A stretch of 64,000 nt of DNA from positions 320,001 through 384,000 of the forward strand of contig CAXXTB010000001.1 in the NCBI GenBank assembly GCA_963676795.2, written 5' to 3'. The notes below the pieces were generated by a model. That model ran no database searches and was not told the DNA's origin. It saw nothing but the letters and a program-made list of their open reading frames with translations. The translations under genes were made by a program, and so were the position numbers. Positions 56,974 through 64,000 of this stretch are shown here, one piece after another; position 1 is the first letter of the stretch, and each line of letters starts with the position of its first letter. Source of the stretch: Geopsychrobacteraceae bacterium. GTDB lineage: Bacteria; Desulfobacterota; Desulfuromonadia; Desulfuromonadales; Geopsychrobacteraceae.

Positions 56974-57968
56974 TTGTTGGCCGCAATCTGTTCGAGTTTT
57001 CTGATCTCGGGTTGTTCGCCGAGGGCAATCAGTGTATCACCGGCCTGGATGATGGTCTGTGCCGATGGATTAAACGACATGGCGTTGCCGTTTTTGATGC
57101 CGACAATGATAAGGCCGAGATCTTTACGAATTCCACTGTCCAGCAGTGGTTTTCCGACCAGAGAAGAGGTCTTTGCGACTGGTATTTCATCAAGCTGCAG
57201 TTCGATGTTGTTGTGACCAGTGGCAATATCGATGAAATCGACGACAGAAGGCCGCAGTACCGCCTGGGCCATGCGATAAGCTCCCATGGAATAGGGCGAG
57301 ACAACCTTGTTGGCCCCGGCACTGAGCAGTTTCTTTTCCGTTCCGTCTTCACTGGCCCTGGCCATGATGAAAAGGTCCGGGTTGATACCGCGGGCGGAGA
57401 GGACAATATAGACATTGGCCGAATCGGTCGATACAGCTGTGATCAGCCCCTTGGCTCGTTCAATGCCGGCCTGAATGAGTGTTTCATCCTCTGTGGCGTC
57501 GGCGTTGATGTAGAGGAAGCCGTCTTCTTCGAGACGTTGAACACTTGCGACCGAGTTGTCGATAACGATGAAGGGCAGCGGTTTGCTGGCAAACTGCTTG
57601 CAGATCTGCCGGCCGATGCGTCCATAACCGCAGATGATGTAATGATTTTCGAGTTTTTTGATTTTGCTCTGCAATTTTTTTCTCCCCATGATTTGACGCA
57701 GCTGCCCTTCGACTACGAATTGAAGGGATGACGTCAGGGTGTAGGCGATAGAACCGACACCGAATATGATCAGGAATATGGTAAATATCTGACCCTGGTG
57801 ACTGAGTGTATGGACTTCGCTATAGCCGACCGTTGCCAGAGTGATGGTCGTCATGTAGAGAGATTCAAACAGGCTCCAGCCTTCAATCAGACTGTAGCCG
57901 ACTGTACCGCCGCCAATCATCACGATCAGTATTGTAACGGCAAAATAGATTTTTTTTAGGGGCTCCAT
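56964..57968 (-). CDS. Two-TM potassium channel with RCK (TrkA-N/C) domains
   Basis: TLATVGYSEV pore loop, IICGYGRIG, RCK-C; start ATG 57968. Confidence 0.92.
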   Translation of the reverse strand: MEPLKKIYFAVTILIVMIGGGTVGYSLIEGWSLFESLYMTTITLATVGYSEVHTLSHQGQIFTIFLIIFGVGSIAYTLTSSLQFVVEGQLRQIMGRKKLQSKIKKLENHYIICGYGRIGRQICKQFASKPLPFIVIDNSVASVQRLEEDGFLYINADATEDETLIQAGIERAKGLITAVSTDSANVYIVLSARGINPDLFIMARASEDGTEKKLLSAGANKVVSPYSMGAYRMAQAVLRPSVVDFIDIATGHNNIELQLDEIPVAKTSSLVGKPLLDSGIRKDLGLIIVGIKNGNAMSFNPSAQTIIQAGDTLIALGEQPEIRKLEQIAANKCL

Positions 57969-58052
57969 AGCATACTCCGGTGAAGAGGAATTCATTGTAT
58001 CCGGAGCTTTGTAAATTTCAAACGACAAAGAAGCGAATTACTTAAAAACCAG

Positions 58053-58080
58053 TTGACAAGTTGTGTATACTGCATACAAT
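58053..58080 (+). promoter_or_regulatory. Sigma70 promoter with overlapping palindromic operator for the GntR gene
   Basis: TTGACA 58053, 16 nt, TACAAT 58075; TGTAT-actgc-ATACA 58064-58078. Confidence 0.6.
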
Positions 58081-58111
58081 TATATGCCATAACATGGAGG
58101 GTTCTAACGCA

Positions 58112-58786
58112 ATGAAGCCTATCGAGCGCCATCAGACATTACGGGAAAAAATTCTCGAATCAATCCGTGAAGCGATTCTCAAAGGGAGCCTCAAGCCTGG
58201 TGAGAAGGTTGCCGAACCGGAACTGGCTGAAAAATTCGGCATCAGCAGAACGCCGATCCGTGAAGCGTTCCGGCAGCTTGAATCTGAAGGCTACCTGACT
58301 GTCGTGCCGCGCAAGGGAGCTGTTGTTGCTGCCATGTCAGAACGGGATGTGCAGGAGTTTTATGCCATCAAGAGTATTCTTGAAGGCTATGCGGCTTCAC
58401 TCGCTGCGGCAAACCTGACCGACAAGGAGCTGAAAAAGCTCGAAACCATCAACGAAAAGATGGATCAGCTGGCCACAGAGGGGGATGTCAAAGCCTTCTT
58501 CAGGGTCCATAATGAATTTCACGATATTTTTGTCAAAGCCGCCAATAATTCAAAACTGTACGATCTGATTCAGCAGCTGGGACTCAAATTCAGCCGCTTG
58601 CGTATGGCGTCACTTTCGGTCGAAGGCCGCATGGCTATCTCGGTCGAAGAGCACGGCAAGCTGCTCGATGCTTTTCGCCAGCACGATTCGGATCTCGCTC
58701 AGCAGATGGTCCAGAACACGGCAGGAATAGGCGGCAAGGCATTGCTGGAAAGCCTGGCGGCGCAGACAGGTTCCGATAAGTCATAA
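58112..58786 (+). CDS. GntR family regulator (FCD domain)
   Basis: LKPGEKVAEPELAEKFGISRTPIREAFRQLESEG; NEFH and EEH motifs of the FCD domain. Confidence 0.93.
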   Translation: MKPIERHQTLREKILESIREAILKGSLKPGEKVAEPELAEKFGISRTPIREAFRQLESEGYLTVVPRKGAVVAAMSERDVQEFYAIKSILEGYAASLAAANLTDKELKKLETINEKMDQLATEGDVKAFFRVHNEFHDIFVKAANNSKLYDLIQQLGLKFSRLRMASLSVEGRMAISVEEHGKLLDAFRQHDSDLAQQMVQNTAGIGGKALLESLAAQTGSDKS

Positions 58787-58832
58787 AGATGAAAAAAAAC
58801 TCCTTTAATGGGGTTTTTTTTATCTGTGACAG

Positions 58833-59702
58833 TTAGCGAAGGCTGTTGAGCGACTTGAGTTTGAGATTAAAGACATCAGCCCACAGATTGTCCGGACAGG
58901 TATTGCCCTTTGTCAGCATGCTGAGTTGCTCGCTGGTGATAGGAAACAGGGGACAATGCTGCAGGAGAGACACCAGTGGTGTTATACCGGCCAATGGCAG
59001 CCGTACTTTGCGTACCACTGGACCAAGGCCGCTCAGTTGCGAAATGCGGTCGAGCAGTTCAGTGTAGGAGAGTGCTTCGGGGCCACCGCAGCAGAAGGTT
59101 TGAGCAATGCTGTCCGGACGTTCAAGGGCAGCGACAAAAGCGTTCGCGATATCAGAAACATGGACTGGCTGTAATCGGTAGTCGCCGGAACCGAAGACGG
59201 GGACCAGCGGAAGCAGTTTGACAAGTCTGGTGAGCATGGTCACAAAAAGATCGTCCGGACCAAAGATCAGTGACGGGCGGAAAATGGTCCAGTCGAGCCC
59301 TGAGTTACGGACAAACTGTTCGGCGGCGAATTTGGTCTTATGATAGCCTGTCTCGGAGTCTGTCGCGGCACCATTGGCACTCATATGTATGTAGCGCTTT
59401 ACCCCGAAATCAGCAGCAGCTTTCACTACGTTCTGTGTTGCCAGAGAGTGAAGGCGTTCGAAGGTTATGCCCTGAGAACGTTTCTCCCGGATAATGCCGA
59501 CCAGGTGGATAACGGCGTCGCACCCCTCAATGGCACTTAACGACTCGGCGCGGGTGACATCACCACTGACAGCTTCGACGGTCTGGTGCTGCAATGGCAG
59601 CGCAGAGTGAGTCAGTGCTCTGACCTGATGATTTTTGTCAACAAGTTGCTGGATGACAGTGCGGCCGACGAATCCACTTCCACCTGTGACGAATACCTTC
59701 AT
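58833..59702 (-). CDS. NAD-dependent epimerase/dehydratase (NDUFA9-like SDR)
   Basis: VFVTGGSGFVG, IHLVGII, YHKTK, FRPSLIFG, QPVHVSD. Confidence 0.9.
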   Translation of the reverse strand: MKVFVTGGSGFVGRTVIQQLVDKNHQVRALTHSALPLQHQTVEAVSGDVTRAESLSAIEGCDAVIHLVGIIREKRSQGITFERLHSLATQNVVKAAADFGVKRYIHMSANGAATDSETGYHKTKFAAEQFVRNSGLDWTIFRPSLIFGPDDLFVTMLTRLVKLLPLVPVFGSGDYRLQPVHVSDIANAFVAALERPDSIAQTFCCGGPEALSYTELLDRISQLSGLGPVVRKVRLPLAGITPLVSLLQHCPLFPITSEQLSMLTKGNTCPDNLWADVFNLKLKSLNSLR

Positions 59703-59932
59703 ATCTCTCTCCTGCGCAGATGATTGTAGATTATAACAGATCCGCACGTTGCAAGAAAAACCCGAGAAACTTCAAGATACAACAGCGTTATGAAAAAAAA
59801 GGAAAAAACACGTTGAGCTGTTGTCTTAATGAGCCTGATGAGCTATTTTCCAGTCTTGTTTATGATGTTTTATTTGGGCCGCTGGCCACCAGCTGAGAAT
59901 GAAATAAAAAAACGCAATGTTTAGGAGAGAAA

Positions 59933-61516
59933 ATGGACAATCTGACAGCAGCAGACTTGGGGTTGAAGAGTGTCGGGACGGTATACCACAACCTTGACTA
60001 TCCGGGACTGTTCGATCACGAGTTAAAGAATCAAGAAGGCGCAATTTCTGAGAATGGCACGATGATGGTCGATACCGGCAAGTTTACCGGCCGTTCACCG
60101 AAGGACAAGTATTTCGTCAAGCAGGCAGACTCTGCAGAGAAGATCGCCTGGGGCAACATCAATCAACCGGTTTCGGCGGAAATCTTTGATGAGCTCTACA
60201 CGGAAGTTATCGACTACCTGTCCGACAAGGACATCTATGTCACCGACGGCTACTGCGGGGCCAACCCCCAGACCCGTAAACAGGTGCGCTTTGTCACCCA
60301 GATCGCCTGGCAGTCTCACTTTGTCAAAAACATGTTCATCCGCCCCGGTGCAGAAGAACTGGCAGATTTTCAGCCGAATTTTACCGTCTACAACGCTTCC
60401 GGTTTGACCAATCCGAAATGGCAGGAGATGGGACTGAATTCCGAGGTTTTCGTTATCTTCAATATTGAAAAGAACGTCGCGATTATCGGTGGTACCTGGT
60501 ACGGCGGTGAAATGAAAAAAGGGATTTTCACCATGATGAACTACTGGTTGCCGCTGGAGAACATCCTGGCGATGCACTGTAGTGCCAACGTCGGCAAGGA
60601 CGGAGATGTCTGTCTCTTCTTCGGTCTTTCCGGAACCGGCAAGACCACCCTGTCGACGGATGCGGCGCGCAAACTGATCGGTGATGACGAGCACGGCTGG
60701 GACGAAGATGGTATCTTCAACTTCGAAGGTGGCTGCTACGCCAAGTGTATCGATCTGTCTGCCGAGAGCGAGCCGGAGATTTTCGGTGCCATCAAGCGCA
60801 ATGCGCTGCTGGAAAACGTCGTCTACGATGAAGACGGTATCATTGATTTCAAGGACGGCTCAAAAACCGAGAATACCCGCGTCTCCTACCCGATCGATCA
60901 TATCGATAACCATGACTCCTCACTCAAAAGCGGTCATCCGAAGAACATCATCTTCCTGACCTGCGATGCTTTCGGGGTTTTGCCTCCAGTCTCCAAGCTG
61001 ACCAAGGAACAGGCGATGTATTACTTCCTGTCCGGTTATACGGCCAAGGTCGCCGGTACCGAGCGCGGGATCACCGAACCTCAGGCGGCCTTTTCAGCCT
61101 GTTTCGGTGAAGCTTTCCTGCCGCTGCACCCGACCGTCTATGCCAGCCTGCTGGGCGACAAGATGGAGCAGCACAATGTTAACGCCTACCTGGTCAATAC
61201 CGGCTGGGCCGGCGGCGGCTACGGTGTCGGCAAGCGGATGAGCATCAAGGCGACCCGCGCCTGCATCAATGCAATTCTTGACGGCAGTATCAACGCCGCT
61301 GAATTTGAGCAGACCAACTTCTTCAAGCTCAACATTCCGAAGTCGCTGCCGGGTGTCGATGCCCACCTGCTCAATCCGCGCAACGCCTGGAGTGATAAGG
61401 CCGAGTTCGACGCAACGGCGGAGAAGCTGGCCGGGATGTTTATCGCGAACTTTAACAAGTACATGACTGAAAACAGTGAATTCGATTTTACCAAGGCGGG
61501 TCCACAACTCCCGTAG
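59933..61516 (+). CDS. pckA: Phosphoenolpyruvate carboxykinase (ATP)
   Basis: [47 protein letters not shown]. Confidence 0.97.
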   Translation: MDNLTAADLGLKSVGTVYHNLDYPGLFDHELKNQEGAISENGTMMVDTGKFTGRSPKDKYFVKQADSAEKIAWGNINQPVSAEIFDELYTEVIDYLSDKDIYVTDGYCGANPQTRKQVRFVTQIAWQSHFVKNMFIRPGAEELADFQPNFTVYNASGLTNPKWQEMGLNSEVFVIFNIEKNVAIIGGTWYGGEMKKGIFTMMNYWLPLENILAMHCSANVGKDGDVCLFFGLSGTGKTTLSTDAARKLIGDDEHGWDEDGIFNFEGGCYAKCIDLSAESEPEIFGAIKRNALLENVVYDEDGIIDFKDGSKTENTRVSYPIDHIDNHDSSLKSGHPKNIIFLTCDAFGVLPPVSKLTKEQAMYYFLSGYTAKVAGTERGITEPQAAFSACFGEAFLPLHPTVYASLLGDKMEQHNVNAYLVNTGWAGGGYGVGKRMSIKATRACINAILDGSINAAEFEQTNFFKLNIPKSLPGVDAHLLNPRNAWSDKAEFDATAEKLAGMFIANFNKYMTENSEFDFTKAGPQLP

Positions 61517-61540
61517 GGGTATAGCGGTTTCAGTTCAGAA

Positions 61541-61570
61541 GCGGTCGGCAGTGATGCGGCCGCTTTTTTT
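61541..61570 (+). terminator. Intrinsic terminator after pckA
   Basis: gcggtcg..cggccgc stem followed by a T run. Confidence 0.6.
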
Positions 61571-61641
61571 ATTGCTGTTGCTTGACATATATTAAAAGAA
61601 AAATAATAATTAACTGCTAAAAATTAAAAATAGGTAAATGT

Positions 61642-62622
61642 ATGTTTTCTGGGGAAAAAAGCAGAAGAGGCGAATTTGCATTGATCGACTGGATCGAGCA
61701 GCAGGCCGGTTCCAGTGAGCTCTTGAGCCTGGGGATAGGCGATGATTGCGCCATTCAGCCGCAGCAGGCCGGAATGGATCTGCTGACCAGTACCGACCTG
61801 CTTATCGAAGGGGTCCATTTTAAATGCGAATGGACCGATTTTTTCTCCCTGGGAGCCAAATCCGCCGCTGTCAACCTGAGTGATATTGCGGCCATGGGTG
61901 GCAGGGCCCAGAGCATTTTTCTCGGGCTTGCCCGCCCGGCGACGCTGAACGACAGTGCTGTCGAAGAACTGATCAAAGGCTTTGTCGCAGAAGCTGCACG
62001 CTATGGAGTTGTGCTGGCCGGTGGTGACACCTGCTCATCGCCGGGGCCGCTGATGGTTTCGGTCACTGTTCAGGGGGCGGTGCCTGCGGGAACAGCGATC
62101 AGACGTGACGGGGCGCAGCCGGGGGACTGGCTCTACGTCTCCGGAACCCTGGGGGACAGTGCCCTGGCGCTGCATGCTCTGCAGGCCGGAGAAACTGCCA
62201 GGCCGGCGCTGGCGCGGCGCTTCCACCGGCCGACGGCTCGGATCGAGCTGGGCCGCTATCTGGCGGAAAACCGGCTGGCGACAGCCATGCTCGACGTATC
62301 GGATGGCTTGCTTGGTGATCTGAACCATATCCTCGAAGCTTCGGCGGTTGGTGCCGAGGTTCAGCTCCAGCAGCTGCCCTTGTCCGCCGATTTTGCCGAG
62401 CTGCTGTCCGCTGACGAAAGCATGATCGATCTGGCCTTAAGCGGCGGTGAAGATTACGAACTGCTGTTCACCTCAGCGCATGATGAGCTGGAACATCTGT
62501 CCGGCCTGCCCGAGACGCTGACCAGGATCGGTCGCATAACCTCGGAGCGCAAGCTGCTTGTTCTTGCCGGGGATGGCAGCCACTATCAGTGCCAACGGGG
62601 AGGGTTTGATCATTTCGCCTGA
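61642..62622 (+). CDS. thiL: Thiamine-monophosphate kinase
   Basis: GEFALI, GIGDDCA, NLSDIAAMG, GGDT, DVSDGL, GGEDYELLFT. Confidence 0.96.
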   Translation: MFSGEKSRRGEFALIDWIEQQAGSSELLSLGIGDDCAIQPQQAGMDLLTSTDLLIEGVHFKCEWTDFFSLGAKSAAVNLSDIAAMGGRAQSIFLGLARPATLNDSAVEELIKGFVAEAARYGVVLAGGDTCSSPGPLMVSVTVQGAVPAGTAIRRDGAQPGDWLYVSGTLGDSALALHALQAGETARPALARRFHRPTARIELGRYLAENRLATAMLDVSDGLLGDLNHILEASAVGAEVQLQQLPLSADFAELLSADESMIDLALSGGEDYELLFTSAHDELEHLSGLPETLTRIGRITSERKLLVLAGDGSHYQCQRGGFDHFA

Positions 62623-63544
62623 GAAGAAAGATCCGGATCGGGGACAACCGGAGATTCTCCGGGAGGATCACAAGGTTCTCTGTGTCGGCAGCCTGGTCAG
62701 TGATGTGGATTACTCAAGGGTTGCGGAGATTCTTAAGGGAGAGCAGAATTTTTCTCTCGAGGGGTACAAAGCTTTGACCATGAAGAGGCGCCTGGCTGCC
62801 CGGGTCAGGGCCGCTGGTTTCAGCGATCTGGCGGGGTATATCACTCTGCTGGCCGGCGACGAAGCGGAACAGCAGAAACTGCTGGCCGCTCTGAGTGTCC
62901 ACGTTTCGCAGTTTTTTCGGAATCCCAGTTCGTTTATGGCACTCAAGAACAAGGTGCTCAGGCGACTCTTTGCCCAGGCCGGAACCAATGGACAGAGGCT
63001 GCGCTTCTGGAGCGTCGGTTGTGCCTACGGCGAAGAGGCCTATACCCTGGCCCTGATCTGTGAGGAGTTCAGGCCCGCGGCTGAGAGCCTGATGATCATT
63101 GGCAGCGATCTAAGCAGTGAAGCGATCAGGCAGGCCCGCCAGGGGCTCTATACAGAGGAGCGCCTCAAGGGGGTGCCGGACGGGTTGCGAGACAGGTATT
63201 TCAGCAACGAAGAGGGGCGCTACCGGATCGCCGAGGAAATCAGACGCCAGGTGCGGTTTTTTCGCCATGATATTCTTGCCGAAAAACCCTTTTACCGGGC
63301 CGACCTGATCCTCTGCCGTAACCTGCTGATCTATTTTTCGCGTGAACAGCAGGAGATGATCCTGCGTTCCCTGGCCGAGACGCTGACCGCGGGAGGCTAC
63401 CTGATGCTGGGTCGGGCCGAGACACTGGCACCCGCCTGTCGCGAACTGTTCAGCTGCATCGATCCGGCGGAAAGAATCTATCAGCGCACGAAAGAAGCCC
63501 GAGATCAACTTTTGAATGAACGTCATGATTTGGACGGCCTGTAA
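62558..63544 (+). CDS. cheR: Chemotaxis methyltransferase CheR (true start probably further downstream)
   Basis: VSQFFRNP, WSVGCAYGEEAYTLA, DLILCRNLLIYF, GGYLMLGRAE. Confidence 0.92.
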   Translation: MFLPGMAATISANGEGLIISPEKKDPDRGQPEILREDHKVLCVGSLVSDVDYSRVAEILKGEQNFSLEGYKALTMKRRLAARVRAAGFSDLAGYITLLAGDEAEQQKLLAALSVHVSQFFRNPSSFMALKNKVLRRLFAQAGTNGQRLRFWSVGCAYGEEAYTLALICEEFRPAAESLMIIGSDLSSEAIRQARQGLYTEERLKGVPDGLRDRYFSNEEGRYRIAEEIRRQVRFFRHDILAEKPFYRADLILCRNLLIYFSREQQEMILRSLAETLTAGGYLMLGRAETLAPACRELFSCIDPAERIYQRTKEARDQLLNERHDLDGL

Positions 63545-63607
63545 CCATCAGCATCTTGTCGGAGTGGAGCAGCAGGTTCCGCTCTGCCGTGCCGAAGGAG
63601 AATGAAA

Positions 63608-64000
63608 ATGCGTGTTGAAATCAGTCACAAGTTTGTTGTCGGCATCATCATCGTTGTCGCTTCGGTGGTCCTGCTGAACATCCTGGTTCCGCAGATGGAC
63701 ATTCCTGAGTGGACCCATCAATGGATCATTATTATCGGTGCCCTGCTGGTCGGGCTGATCTTCGGCTGGCTTTTCTCCAAGGCGTTCAGCGCCAATATCA
63801 AGATCCTGCGCGAAGGTGCGGAGCGCCTCAGCGAGGGGGACTTGAGCCGCAAGGTGCGGCTGCGCAAGGGGTTGTTCAGCGATGAGACGGAGGACCTGTC
63901 GGTCTCTCTCAATCTGGTTGTTGACAGTCTGCGCAACCTGGTCGGGCAGATCCGAACCAGTTCGGTCAATGTCAATGAATCCTCACTGGCGCTGTCGACC
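63608..64000 (+). CDS. Methyl-accepting chemotaxis protein, DifA-like (partial; runs off the window end)
   Basis: Manual translation MRVEISHKFVVGIIIVVASVVLLNILVP...IIIIGALLVGLIFGWLFSKAF...AERLSEGDLSRKV...DETEDL: two closely spaced TMs plus HAMP; AAGGAG RBS. Confidence 0.8.
   Translation, partial: MRVEISHKFVVGIIIVVASVVLLNILVPQMDIPEWTHQWIIIIGALLVGLIFGWLFSKAFSANIKILREGAERLSEGDLSRKVRLRKGLFSDETEDLSVSLNLVVDSLRNLVGQIRTSSVNVNESSLALST

Overview
Bacterial chromosomal window spanning the replication origin. Gene content and order (split F0F1 operon atpF'-F-H-A-G-D-C, bactofilin after parB, Dif-like cheR/MCP) suggest a Desulfuromonadales/Desulfobacterota-type organism; this is an inference. Bases 1-18.5 kb form an apparent phosphate-starvation island: pstS, an OlsF-like ornithine-lipid synthase, a receiver protein plus chemoreceptor, two unrelated alkaline-phosphatase-type enzymes, a porin, a GH67-like protein, a PHP-glycosyltransferase fusion coupled to a radical SAM enzyme, and a YibE/F membrane protein. 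Nearly every promoter in the island, and the phoBR promoter at 26.3 kb, carries 11-bp-phased hexamers of rough consensus CT(A/C)A(C/T)A, which look like a lineage-specific Pho box. The best candidate for an undescribed system is a PhoB-controlled phosphorus-free membrane-lipid remodelling module (PHP-GT4 + radical SAM + GH67-like + OlsF). The middle carries acnA, phoR/phoB, a cold-shock gene, a membrane pseudokinase, nth, gpsA and two palindromic MITE-like elements. The right half is the conserved origin region (gyrA-gyrB-recF-dnaN-oriC-dnaA / rpmH-rnpA-yidD-yidC-mnmE-parS-mnmG-rsmG-parA-parB-bactofilin-atp), lying in a steep, smoothly graded AT-rich trough. It is followed by a K+ channel, a GntR regulator, pckA, thiL, cheR and a partial MCP. 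All calls come from reading the sequence; no searches were run.
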